A DNA stretch of 64,000 nt. Origin: Podarcis tiliguerta (taxonomy: Eukaryota). The stretch lies in the NCBI GenBank assembly GCA_965153285.1, contig OZ229115.1. One strand, given 5' to 3'. The position numbers and the translations under genes are program-made. How positions within the stretch are numbered: the stretch's first letter is position 1; every line of letters begins with the position of its first letter. This document shows positions 40,491 to 52,513 of this stretch, in pieces. The notes beneath the pieces were generated by a model. That model was not told where the DNA came from. It saw nothing but the letters and a program-made list of their open reading frames with translations, and ran no database searches.

Positions 40491-41414
40491 GTGTTTCACC
40501 CTTCCAGCTTTGCTGTCTGATAACTCCAGATACCCTCTGTTTTCAATGGTGTTGCCTGTCTCAGCCCAGCATAGGCTTTGGTACTCTTAACGGATAATAA
40601 TAGAGCGAAAGTCTGCATGTCTGCCCTTGCTGCTGCTGCTTTCTTTCAGCCGCTCTCCACATTCTCCAAATCTAATGGGCCAGTCAGCACTGTGGTTAAA
40701 TGCTACAAAGTGACGTGTCTTGAGATTGTCAGCTTCATTAAAAAAAAACGAAACCCTCGTGAAATAAGTATACCAGAACCAGGTAGCTGCATAATTTACC
40801 TTTCGTCAGAAAGGTTGGGTATGGGTAGTGTTGCTATAGTTTTTCAAAGCTGAGCTTGATTCTCCTTGCTGTCAAATAAATCATTAGCAATAACGTGAAA
40901 ACATTGAAGTTCTTGCCAGTCATGCTGTATCCTGTTGACTTTGGAATTATGCAGATTTTATTCCGAGCTATAAATATTTAATACCATCAATCCCTCTGAA
41001 AGAAGCCAGAAGTTAGAACTCTGGTGAGAATATACTTTGAAATATTTTTAATTGGTGAGTTCAGAGATTATAAAAACTGTGTAAAACTTCTGAATGCAGT
41101 GGAGCATCTTTTTTTTTCTTTTCTGAAAAATACCTTTAAAGTTTTGTGTATTAAAATAAAGCACATTCATTTTAGAAATTTGCCCCAGGTTTTTTATGCA
41201 AAATACTTTTGACAATTTATTTTGACATTAGTGTTCAGACCCAGTTCCTTGTGGAAACAGCTTTTCACTTCCTTATATGTTGTCCCCTAAAAATGAATAT
41301 GGCCCATAAAGCTTCTATCACATTGTGCCCTCTGAGGAATGACCTTCTTCCCCTGCCATCTTTTGAATAAGACTAGACCAAGTGAAAGTAGGCAGTCTTG
41401 TAAGCTTCTTGATA

Positions 41415-41565
41415 TCACAGAGTTATAGAATTGTAGAACAGACGAGTTGGAAGGGACCCCAAGGGTCATTTAGTCCAAACCCCTACAATGCAGGAATCTC
41501 AGCTGTAAAGCATCCACGACAGATGGCCGTCCAACCCTCTGCCTAAATACCTCCAAGGAAGGAAG
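41415..41565 (-). mobile_element. CR1 3' end
   Basis: Antisense tail (ATAGAATTGTAGAA) followed by GAGTTGGAAGGGACCCCAAGGGTCATTTAGTCCAAACCCC. Confidence 0.8.
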
Positions 41566-41825
41566 AAGTTAAGACACTTGTTTAAAAACTATTAGCAAAA
41601 GTAGTTTTATCGTTGTTGTTGCTGTTGCTGCTGCTGCTTATTTAAAGATCTAGGAATAAATTTCACTCGGCTGATTGAAAAAAATATGAGAAAAAGAATC
41701 CTCAACAGTTTTAATTCATATTTTCCATCCGGTCATATTAATTCAAGCGTGTTCAATGCAAAACTAACATTGTTAAGTGCCTAAGAACCCCTCCACACAA
41801 ATTTTCTCAGCCTAGGCAAGCTACT

Positions 41826-42135
41826 TATAGCAAAATTTGCTTCTTATAGCAAAATTCAAGCTTAAACTGAAGAAAGTAGGAAAAACCACAGGGCCGGTAA
41901 GATACAATCTAAATCAAATCCCTTATGAATATACAGTAGAAGTGATGAACAGGTTTAAGGATTTAGATTTAGTGGACAGAGTGCCTGAAGAACTATGGAT
42001 GGAGATGGTTGGACAGTGTTCTCGAAGCTACCAGCATGAGTTTTACCAAACTGCGGGAGGCAGTGGAGGACAGGAGTGCCTGGCGTACTCTGGTCCATGG
42101 GGTCACGAAGAGTCGGACACGACTAAACAACAACA
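41826..42135 (+). mobile_element. BovB (RTE) LINE, 5'-truncated and internally deleted
   Basis: Translates LIAKFKLKLKKVGKTTGPVRYNLNQIPYEYTVEVMNRFKDLDLVDRVPEELWME, then the BovB 3' end GTCCATGGGGTCACGAAGAGTCGGACACGACT and a (CAA)n tail; 12-bp TSD AGGCAAGCTACT/AGGCAAACTACT. Confidence 0.9.
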
Positions 42136-42614
42136 AGGCAAACTACTGTCTTCAGGTGGCGTGTGCAACCTTGACAGCTGCCTGAGGTGGTCTGAGAAGC
42201 CTGCCTTCACTCCAGAATAGATACACCAGGGCAGACATTGCTTATACACCATTGGGCTGCAATCTGTATTCAGGCTGACTCATGTACACGCAGGCGGCTG
42301 GCTACCCACCGCTGTCTTGCTGTGGGTGGAGACTCTGGGAAGTCCATATGGACTGACAGATGTGGACACCCCAAACGGAACTAGTTGCTGAGTGCCCCAA
42401 AAGAAGCAGACCCAAGTCTTTCTCATCCTTTCCTGTACCCCTTAAGGTCCCAGGCACTAAGACCTGCCTCTAGTAGCTGCTAGAAGTCCCGTTTCCCTAT
42501 GACATCCTTCAAGCACAACAGGTGTTTCTCTCCTACATTTAAAGCTCCTTCCCTTTCTTTACAATTGAGGAAAGGGAAGAAGGAAAAGCTTCAGTAGTGT
42601 ACTGTTGCTGCAAC

Positions 42615-42632
42615 AGTACCCCCTGGTGGCCA
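42615..42632 (-). promoter_or_regulatory. Candidate CTCF motif
   Basis: Reverse complement TGGCCACCAGGGGGTACT versus consensus TGGCCACCAGGGGGCGCT; motif match only. Confidence 0.35.
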
Positions 42633-42806
42633 CGTACGTAGCAACACTGATGTTTGAAAAGCATCTCTTGGATTATTTTTGCGTTTTCATCCTGGGTTGG
42701 GCTGCTCCAGTATGTTACTAGCAACAGCAGCACTGAGTTTTCATATGGCTGGGTGTCAGGGATATATTCTGATGTTGTGTATATTGCATGTATGTTGCCT
42801 TTCCAG

Positions 42807-42949
42807 AAAGCCCTACGGTAATGCTGTCTGCTGGTAGCTTCTCTTCTCCTTACGAGCATCTGAGCCAGCCTGAGACGAAGAGGATGGTTGAACACTACAC
42901 GGCATATCTTAGCGACAACACACGCCTCATTGCCAACCCTGGTCTGAAA
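42807..42949 (+). CDS. CACHD1: CACHD1 exon 14 (143 nt)
   Basis: tccag|AA AGC...CTG AAA|gtacgt; (E)SPTVMLSAGSFSSPYEHLSQPETKRMVEHYTAYLSDNTRLIANPGLK. Confidence 0.95.
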
Positions 42950-43271
42950 GTACGTTGCTTCATATGCCCTTCGTTTTTGGCTTTTTACCTTCTTTGGTTA
43001 CCGTGATAAGTCTTGCTGAAACATTTATTTGAGTTTCCTTGGCTCCAGATTTTCAAGAAGCATCTGGGTTTTTGCTTTCTCTGGTGGAGTCTTTGGCTGC
43101 ATCCCTTGGTTTTCTGCTAGATCAAATAGATGGTTTGGTTGCAATTTTTGCACTTTCCTCAGTGCCAGGAGTACTTTGTACTTAGCAACACAAGGAGTGA
43201 ATTAACTTGGCACATGAGGAGTAAGAATGATTCTTTCCCGGGCTGGAAAGAATAATGTTAACTGAGTTAAT

Positions 43272-43275
<4 letters not shown>

Positions 43276-43306
<31 letters not shown>
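43276..43306 (+). repeat. (AC)n microsatellite
   Basis: Direct reading. Confidence 0.92.
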
Positions 43307-43307
<1 letters not shown>

Positions 43308-43720
43308 CTACTTGGACTCAAAAGTAGATTCCCAAAGATAGTGAGATAATGCTGTGTAACCATTTTAAGAGTTCTCAAGTAAAATAAACAATATAAAGGT
43401 TTGTTGGATCACGTGGGTGTTATCAGATCAGTGTTACAACACCAGGAACGGAGAACACTCTTTGTATTTGGGAGCATGGAATATAAAGCTGGGGACAGTA
43501 TTTAGATCTACCCAGAGTAAAACATAAAATACAAAAATGCTAAGCATTTCCTTAGTATATTTGTTTTTTCATTTCTTGAAATTTGCTGTGTCCATCTGGT
43601 GTGAGAAGATTTTAAAGAAGTAATTGGGTTTAGATTATCTCCGATGAGTCTTTAGGAAACCCTGCAAGCAGCTTATTATCTTTTCAGGCAAGTCTTAAAA
43701 GAACCCTGCTAGGTCTGCCT

Positions 43721-43932
43721 NNNNNNNNNNNNNNNNNNNNNNNNNNNNNNNNNNNNNNNNNNNNNNNNNNNNNNNNNNNNNNNNNNNNNNNNNNNNNNNN
43801 NNNNNNNNNNNNNNNNNNNNNNNNNNNNNNNNNNNNNNNNNNNNNNNNNNNNNNNNNNNNNNNNNNNNNNNNNNNNNNNNNNNNNNNNNNNNNNNNNNNN
43901 NNNNNNNNNNNNNNNNNNNNNNNNNNNNNNNN
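43721..43932. other. Assembly gap (212 N), probably hiding CACHD1 exon 15
   Basis: Run of N between exons 14 and 16, whose splice phases are incompatible without an intervening exon. Confidence 0.9.
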
Positions 43933-45281
43933 TATGAAAGGTTTAAGAAAGCCTTCTAGGTTGATAATTTTGTATGTGAGAGAGAGAATATTTTGTGCTG
44001 GATTCGTAAAAAGTCTTCGTGGACTAAACAAGCAGAATTCTTCTCTAGTGAAATAGTATACAGTGATGAATTCAGTACTTTAAATCTGTAGTGGATATTG
44101 CACTGGATGCTTGCGTTTTCCAAGATAGCTTCTTTTTCTTGCCCTTCTGTGCAGCAGTGAATAATGAACGCATCTGCATATGGTTACTAAAATCCACCTT
44201 CCTCATAAAATCCCTTCCAAGCTTATCTCGTGAGGTTCTCATTATGAATTTCATATTCTTGTGGCAATCTTGAATCTCACTCTTGCATACAGCAATTACC
44301 CCCCCCCCCCCCGGTTCTGGAGATGTCTTATGCTCTTAATTCCACACATAAGATTATGCTAGTTTTAACAGTAGTCTATTAATTATGCACAAGCATGGTT
44401 TAAGAAAATGTTTTGTGTACACAGTAAATGTGATAATAAACATGAGGGAACTCCTGAGTGTGTTACATTCCATATGCTCTGTTGAAATAAGCCATCCAGG
44501 TGGGGGTTGCAAATCAACCAAGAAACTAGTTTATATACCAAATGCAGGGTTTCCCCCTCAAGCTATTCACACTGTCAATCACTTCTGTCAAGTCTACTGG
44601 TGCGGTTTTCTCCCCTCTCGCTCTCTTTTAAATCTGCTCAGTGAGCAAAATACAGGAGAAATAAGATAACCATTTTCCAGCTATCCTGTTATTCTACATC
44701 TCAAATGTTTGCATTCTCCCCCTCCCCAACAAGAGTCTGTCTTAAGAAGCTTGTTACAGTAACCTTGTTTTAATTAGCTGGGTAGTCCTACAGTATATTT
44801 CACAACCAAGCAGCAGGCCCGAAGGGGCTGTCCCTGAAGCAGCAAGAAATATCACAGGAAGTAAAAGCTGCAGATACCTCCAGAAAGGTTTATTTAAACA
44901 GCAAATACCCTTCATGTTTTGAGTGCAGAAGTTCATCAAGGGCAAATCTCTGAAACAATAACATACATCACCCGTTGCATTTATTTTATTTCTGGAGTTT
45001 ATTTCCTATCATTCTCAAGTATAATCAACGTACACATGCAAAACCTTTTTAAAAAAAACAGTAACTAGAAGTTACTCTTTAAAAAAATGTTGATATAGTT
45101 TAGGCACATTGGCTCCCGAAAGCGTAAGCAAGCTACATTCACTTTGCACATAGTTCAGGTGTGTGTGTTTTTTAGCAAAATTCAGGTTCCATGTGTTTTG
45201 CAAACTCCCCACCCCAGCCTTCATTGTTGCCATGCAGAGTTATTTTATTACTTTAAATATGCTTATTTTCCTTTCTCTTAG

Positions 45282-45392
45282 GTACCTCCATGCTGTGGCA
45301 AATCCGGGATTAATTACTTTCACTGGGCCCTACTTAGATGTTGGAGGAGCTGGTTATGTGGTTACCATCAGTCATACGGTTCATTCTTCAAG
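45282..45392 (+). CDS. CACHD1: CACHD1 exon 16 (111 nt)
   Basis: cttag|G TAC...TCA AG|gtagat; (W)[36 protein letters not shown](S). Confidence 0.95.
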
Positions 45393-46258
45393 GTAGATTT
45401 GTTTTTGGTAGTGACCAACGTCCTTGAGCCACAATTAAACCTGGCTAATATTTTATGTAAGAATCTCCTCAGATTCAACTTCCTGGAGGAGTAGCTATGT
45501 ATCCAAGCTCTAGTTCAAGGGAACTAAACCATGCAGAGTGTATTTTGGTGGCATCTGAAAACATGGGCTATTAGACTTTTTGAACGCTTTAGTTTTTGTA
45601 TAGCAAGTCTATATAATGCAAGAGGTGATGAAGCTAGATAATAGTAGAAGAGGCAGTGGAAGCTTGGTGTCAGTGTGGTGTGTTTTCATTTTATTTTTAC
45701 CTAGCTATTTAGTTAATTTTGTGTTTATAGACTTGTTAAGGTGCACAGAGGTTGTGTGCGCAAGTTTGCATTCCCCATCCCCTATCCAATAGATGAGTTG
45801 CTACTTCTATGGCATGGATGCTTCTTCCATGTGGTTAGGGTGCCATATTGCAGCAATTGGTGACAGGCTAGTGTGTTATTGTAGGCAGAGAGTTACACTT
45901 TGGTCAGGGAGAGCCTCATGCAGCCATGAAATTTTACCCAAGAATTATTTAAGAACTCACATGTGAAACTGCTGATCTTCTAACAAAGCTGTGTAACTTG
46001 AGCCTAAAATCAGTCTCCATACCTGAGGATAGGAAAGTGGGCAAAGTAACATTTTTAAGGGATCTAAGGAGGATCTGGATAATTACAGGTTGGTTAGCTT
46101 TTAATGGGTATTCTGAGAAATCTGTGGAAAGCATTATTAAACATTGAATTACCAAGCATGTAGACGAATAATCTTGCTGAAGCAGATCCAGGATTGCTTG
46201 TGCGAGGGTAAGCCCTGTCTCACTAACCTAGAAATACGAGGGAAGATCCTCTTATGAA

Positions 46259-46645
46259 CATAGGAGCCAACTCCTAAGGACTGAAGCCCCGCCCCCCATA
46301 ATTTTTTTGAGGGGGGCAGCCCCCACAAAGTTGATGGGTATTGCCATTCAAATGGTGTGTATGTGTCATAGCTGTCAACTTTCAGATTTGAAAATAAGGG
46401 TTCAGCAGCCTTGAAAATAAGGGATCAGCAGCCTCACCTATCCCGGGGACAGTCTACGGGATATCTAACAATCCGGGATAGCAGCGGGAAGCAGCGGGAA
46501 ATGGTGCTGGATAAGGGAATTTCCCACACAAAAAAAGGGAAGGCTGACAGCTATGGTATGTGTGTGCCATGTCTTGTGACTGATTATGCTGGGTGGGCTT
46601 ACCTCACCTCTCCCTCCCAATATTTTATTCAATTTGGCACCCCTG
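46259..46645. mobile_element. hAT MITE (outer), interrupted by a second hAT MITE
   Basis: Ends CATAGGAGCCAACT...ATTTGGCACCCCTG; perfect 8-bp TSD CTTATGAA at 46251-46258 and 46646-46653. Confidence 0.82.
46367..46555. mobile_element. hAT MITE (inner, nested)
   Basis: TIRs CATAGCTGTCA...TGACAGCTATG; perfect 8-bp TSD GTATGTGT at 46359-46366 and 46556-46563. Confidence 0.88.
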
Positions 46646-47738
46646 CTTATGAATCAGTAACTGGTTCAGAAACAGGAAGCAGAGAATAGGAATAAATGGA
46701 CAGCTCTCCCAATGGAAAGAGTGTAAAAAATATCAAGGGTCAAATTCATGTGTTCACAAATGATATGGGCTTAGGGGGCAGCAGTACCTCAAGGTTGTTA
46801 AAAAGGGATTGCATGGAGCTCAAAAGGATATCTTGAAGCTTTTACTGCTTTTATTCTCATATATTGTACTCCCCCTTGAAATTTTTTTCATAAAAGTGTG
46901 GATTATAAATACGTACATAAACAAACAAAACAAAATATATAGTACAGGTGGGAAAATGGTACCAGATGTCTGAGAACAAGGAGATGGTTCCCCCCCCCTC
47001 TAAGTATTATTGTGAAAAATATGCCAGTATAGGCTCTCGGAGACTGTGTTTTATGGCCCTTTGATGTGTCAGTTGCTAAGGCAACAATATGTAGTCTTGA
47101 GCTGAGGAGCAAAATAGGGGTATCAGCAGACCTCCACATATGGGCAAGATGTTATCATTTATTCACAGCGGCTCTTACTACTTCTGCATCTTTTAAGCTT
47201 TAACATACACAACACATACCAAATAACCATACCGTCTCCAGTTTAAATTATCATGATTGCACCCAGCTAATGTTGGCTGTCCACAAAATTTTATTTTTCT
47301 TGTGTTAGAGGGTTTTTGTTCTGATAATGTAAGATTCCCCAGCTTCCATTAAAAAAAGGGGGCACTTCCTCATTGTTGGGGTGGGGGTAATATTGAAAAA
47401 CAGAATAATTGACACATTGGATGAAGAGAATGAGAGGGCAGATTGGCAGAATTTAATTCAGGTAGTGGAATGCTAAAAGATGCACTGAATTAGCCTAGGG
47501 CGGTTCCACACAATCAGGGTTTTTTAAGGAGTGGTGGAGGTGCTTGGCACAATGTTTGTTTCTTATTTGAAATTTATGGTTCGCATTGTGCATTTCTGCT
47601 GGGAAGTTACAGGACTTGCACTACATGTGGCTGGTCAGTAGTTCTCAGACTACTGGGAGGTATACCTGATCGTGGGCTAGAATTTGAGACCCATTTCTCT
47701 CTCCCCCTTCCCCCATTTGTCGCATGGAAAGGGATAAT

Positions 47739-48252
47739 GGGAGAGCCAGTTTGGCATCACGGTTAGAATCTCAGACTGGAATGACCCCCACTTATCTCCC
47801 TGGGTCACCTTGGACCAGTCACTATTTCTCATCCTGTTTTGACTTCTGAATACAGTATGGATTTGTTCTGTATATTTTCTGGGTGTTTGCTCTGAAACTC
47901 AACAAAAATTACATTAAAAAACTTATTTCTCACCCTAGCTTAACCTCCTAGGAGTGGAACCTTAAAAACCCATCACATTAATTGTGGCATAAACTTTCAT
48001 GGGTTGGAGACCACTTCATCAGATGCATGGAGTGTGGTCATCAGCTGGCAGATATGTATCCATGTGATTGTAGAACAGGGGGGTGAAAGAGTATATAATG
48101 AGATCGGAAGTAAATGTCACACACAAAGTGCAGACAGTAACAGTTGCCTTAAAGCTTAAGCTCACAGGGTTATTGAGAAGGTAAAATGGGGATGGAGAAC
48201 CACACATACCACCTTGAGTTCCATGGAGGAAAGATGGGTTATAAATGCAGTA
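47739..48252 (+). mobile_element. Squam3/CORE-like SINE split by two later insertions
   Basis: Head GGGAGAGCCAGTTTGG...GGTCACCTTGGACCAGTCAC and tail CTCACAGGGTTATTG...CACCTTGAGTTCC...ATAAATGC match the intact copy at 26078-26312. Confidence 0.65.
47951..48160 (-). mobile_element. Penelope-like element terminal fragment containing a degenerate hammerhead motif
   Basis: ACCTTAAAAACC...ATTGTGGCATAAACTTTCATGGG...CCACTTCATCAGATGCATG matches the recalled reptile Penelope terminal repeat. Confidence 0.65.
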
Positions 48253-50732
48253 CTGTCACTTGGGCAGTGGGTACCGCTGAATAGGGAAGAAACTGAGAAG
48301 ACTAGCCCGTGATCTTGATTCTCCAGGATCTTTAGGTCTTATTCTGTCCATCCTGGCCCCATGCTGGAGTGTTCCCATAACTGTTTTTTAAAAGCTGGCT
48401 GGAATGAACAGCAGCACAGTTAGCCTAGGATGGTGTGCCTACCAAATCCAGAAAGATGCTGGTTGTGCCTAAACAGGTGGGAATCTTTGCAACCAACAGA
48501 GGGCCAAGAAACCGAAATGTATATTCAGTTGTCAGTGCAACAAATCCCCCGTGGATATGAATTTCATATTCCCGGCGTGCCTCATCTAGAGGTTCATGCT
48601 TAACACAAAGATCAAGAGGTCGCAGATGGAGTGGTCCCTTTGGGAGAAATGTTTGTCCATCGACAAGCTGCTTCTCTCCATACTAATTTTGCCGTGCGGC
48701 TCTATTATCCATTTCAAAGGCTGCTTGGTTTCATTCAGGGCCTGATCATTTGGTGCACAGTATTACTCCCAAGTTTACACTATAGCATAAAACCTGCTTA
48801 CGTTGAAGTGTTCCAACTGAACTCGTTTGTGGGTAAATTATACTTTCTGAAAGGATTAGTTTGCGGTAAAGGAGCTAATTTCATGGATTTTTAACAAAAA
48901 ACGATGAAGTAACTATTTCATCCCAGCCCTTATTAATCATACAATTTTTCTACTACAAGGGAAAAAAATAAAAAAGGTATTTTCAGAGAACATAATTCAT
49001 CCACAAAGCAGTTAAGTCGGAACTCTTCAATGTAAGCTGATTTATTTTAGGCTGAAGTCCAAGTTTTCTGACCTAGATGGTGGGTCACGCTGTGTCCATA
49101 TTCATTTTAAACCCAACCCTTTCAAATGGGAATTAGAAGAAAACTCTAATGGGGGGGGGGGAATGACCTTTCAGCTTCTTGGAATTTAAACATCTTTACA
49201 GGGAATTCATATTCCCTTTCTCATGATGGAAGGATAAGTGAAAAGCTGTGAAGAATTTTAATAAGCAGAAGGTCTGAAGGCCACGCAGTTCCCCAGAAGC
49301 TGAAAGGAATCTGATCCTTTAAACAGCATCTATCCGCAGAAGGCAGAAGTATTTCTGTAGCTTCTGTAATGCTTCAGGGGACCTGCAGGCCTGTGATGAG
49401 CCAAGGGATTTGTTGTTGGTTTTTTGTTTACCATTCAGGATTTTTAAAAAGTTGATCTAGCACTGCTCTATTTTAATGAAAACTAGTACTGATATTTTTT
49501 AAAAGACAAAAAAAAAATTATGACTGATTGCTATGTGTCCTTGCTACGTAGCGGCTCCGCTGTGCTTTCATAAGGAGAATGTTTTGGTAAAGATCATATT
49601 TTGAAGCGAAACAACATGTTATAAACAATTGGTTTGTGACTTTCAGATGCAAAGAATGCTGAAATGCTCCAGTTCATTGTATACTGCCAAAGAATACAAA
49701 CTAAATTGTGGTTCAAATTTTGAGTGTTACTGGACTTAGCTGCCAGATAGATACAAAATTGTGTTTCCTCTGTTAACGTTTAGGCATGGCCCATTCTCAC
49801 AAGAATTTCCATTAAGTTAATTGCACCTGGCTCACTTTCGTAACTCCTTGTCCAGTAAGAGCGAAATGTTTTAAACATATGCATACATTTATGCAGTTCA
49901 ACAATCAGAATCTTCTAGAAAGTTCCATTAAGAGACATATCCGCTTACTCGCCTACTTACTTGACTTGCATTTTATCTACTTTTATATTTATCAATGATA
50001 TGGAAGATTCTGAGTTACATTAGTCAGGATTCACAGGAATCTTTATCCAGCTTTATGAATGTGGAACTCAACAGTATGATTTGTCAAGGTGCTGAACATC
50101 ACAATGAAAATGGTGTCATGCTTTACTTTTGGTCATTTATTACGCTGTCCAAGCATATTGTAGGATGGAAGTGATAGGAGGTGCAAAATTTTAATTTGCT
50201 AAAGTCTTTTTTAAAAAGTCAGGTATGGACCAATGAGATTCAAGTTCACAATTCTCGAGAAACTTAATCAAGTTCCTCATGGCTTTCTCATATCTGATAT
50301 TGTTTTCTGTCAAAATAGGAAGGAAATGGGCAAAAACAAAGAACCTGACCCTTAATTGCATCAACTACAAATGTACTACTTCCCTACCCTGACGTGCCAG
50401 TTTACTGTTTTTGCCCATTGAAAATTGTGGTATTTCATAGAGTAAAATTGTTTACCACCACATGTGTGTTTACCTGAGACATGTATGTTAGTTGCTCTTT
50501 CTGTTAAGTGTTTTACCTAACTCTGAGGGTGGAATTGGTTGTCTCTGTGATCTAGTGAGAGGCCATTATCGTGGTTTATGAGCTCATGGAGCAGGCTGAT
50601 TCCTCACTGATTCAGAATCCATAGTCTGCTTTTCATTTGACATGTCCATGACCACTATAAAATATAAAATGTTTTGGGCTTTTTTTGATAGCATGTCTTT
50701 CAAGACCTTTCTACCCCTCTTTATTGTTGTAG

Positions 50733-50855
50733 TTCACAAAAGTCTTCAGGCCATTCGGTTGCTGTGATGGGCATTGATTTCACTCTGAGGTATTTCTACA
50801 AGGTTCTAATGGACCTGCTGCCTGTTTGTAACCAAGATGAAGGGAATAAAATAAG
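50733..50855 (+). CDS. CACHD1: CACHD1 exon 17 (123 nt)
   Basis: tgtag|T TCA...ATA AG|gtaaat; SQKSSGHSVAVMGIDFTLRYFYKVLMDLLPVCNQDEGNKI(R). Confidence 0.94.
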
Positions 50856-52392
50856 GTAAATGTGTGTTAGTTGCATATTTCACAATGTTTTACCTGTTTT
50901 AGAACTCTGTTCAATAAAGTCTCTCACTCAACATTTTTTTAAAAAAACAACAACACATTGCATTGCAACCTAAATTCATTATCCTTGTCAAATCTGTTGA
51001 AATCTAGAAGCATAATCATGTTGAGTGTGTGAAGCTCTTAACTGCTGAATGGCTAAAAAACGTAACCATTTTAATCTGTAGCAGCAGGGAGATAGAAAGC
51101 AGAGCACCACAGAGATTAACTGGTTAACAGTGACAAGTGCTTTCATAAACCACTAACTTTGCTATCTAATATATGACATTAAACTATCTTCAAACAGCTT
51201 AATATTGTTGACCTGCGACAAAGATGTTAACCCTTGTCTCTAAGTTTGGATAAAACAGAAAAAAACTAGTTAATTAGAGATTTCCTGGTTTGTTTGGTGG
51301 TTTCTTAAGTCAACATGTGATCACCCAAACACTCTCCTATTGTTTTTTGGCTGCTATCTTAGATTATGCTAAGTTAAGTATCCAAACACCTGGTCTCTCC
51401 ATCAGAGAAATTGTGTTTGGACAATTGCAGTTGCTTAATAAACGGAGATAGGAATGAGCCTTTTGTGCTCTTATCCAGCTTCTTTGCTACTTTCTTCATG
51501 TGAGCCAGCAAAAAAGGCAGGAAGACTTCAATTAACTGCAGTTTCCTGTTTCATCCATACTGAGGAATTAAAACAGGATCTTAAGCGAAATCATAGCTTA
51601 ATATCCTGGCATGTTCTGAAGCTGTTAACCATGGTTTGTCTCTTTGGATGAAACAGAAGACTATAGCTAATAGAAGATTTCCTGAGTTGTTCATTCCCTT
51701 GCACAAAGGTGGGGCAAAAGGGTTGTGTGCACACCCAGGAGGCTCATTCATATCTTGACTTGTTCTCTACTCCTGCCTTCTGGTTTGCTCTCCAATCCTG
51801 ATTACTTCTTGGTCTCGACTCCTGACGTTTTCTCCAACTCTACTCTCTGGTTGCCCATGGATTCTGATTACCTTTGGGTCCTGGCTACCAGCTATCAACA
51901 CCTGGCTCTTAAATACCTTCAGAATAGTCCCTCAAAAGTCTCAAAAAGCAGAGTTCTGTGGACAATGCTCTTGAAAATTTAAAACTGCACCATTATAATC
52001 CAAATGCCAGCGAAAAGTAAATTTTTTGTGACCTGCATGTTATGAAAGTTAAGCTCATTTGAATGTATTTGTTTATTTTGCTTGTGTTAGTTGTGGTGAT
52101 GGGCGAGAAGCAGTGTAGGGCACTGAATTTCCAGTGGCTTCAGAAACTTTGCTCACCGTTTAGCTGCATATATTCTGCGACAGATTTTCATGATTTTCAG
52201 ACATGCAAGACTACAAAGTCTCTGCTTCAGTGAACAAACAGAAATGTGCAGAATGCATCTTGTACCAAAGCCTGTGATTTGTATTTGTCTCCACAGCTGT
52301 TTCTGCAAAATTGCTCTCAACATACAATATGCTAAATGTACTTTTATAGGTATTCTCACCTAGGTTTCATTTTATTGTACCCTGTTGGGCAG

Positions 52393-52492
52393 GTGCTTTA
52401 TTATGGAGGACAGAGGATATCTTGTGGCACACCCTACTCTTATTGACCCCAAAGGCCATGCTCCAGTAGAACAACAACACATTACACACAAG
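52393..52492 (+). CDS. CACHD1: CACHD1 exon 18 (100 nt)
   Basis: ggcag|G TGC...CAC AAG|gtttgg; CFIMEDRGYLVAHPTLIDPKGHAPVEQQHITHK. Confidence 0.94.
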
Positions 52493-52513
52493 GTTTGGCT
52501 AAGTCATTGTACT

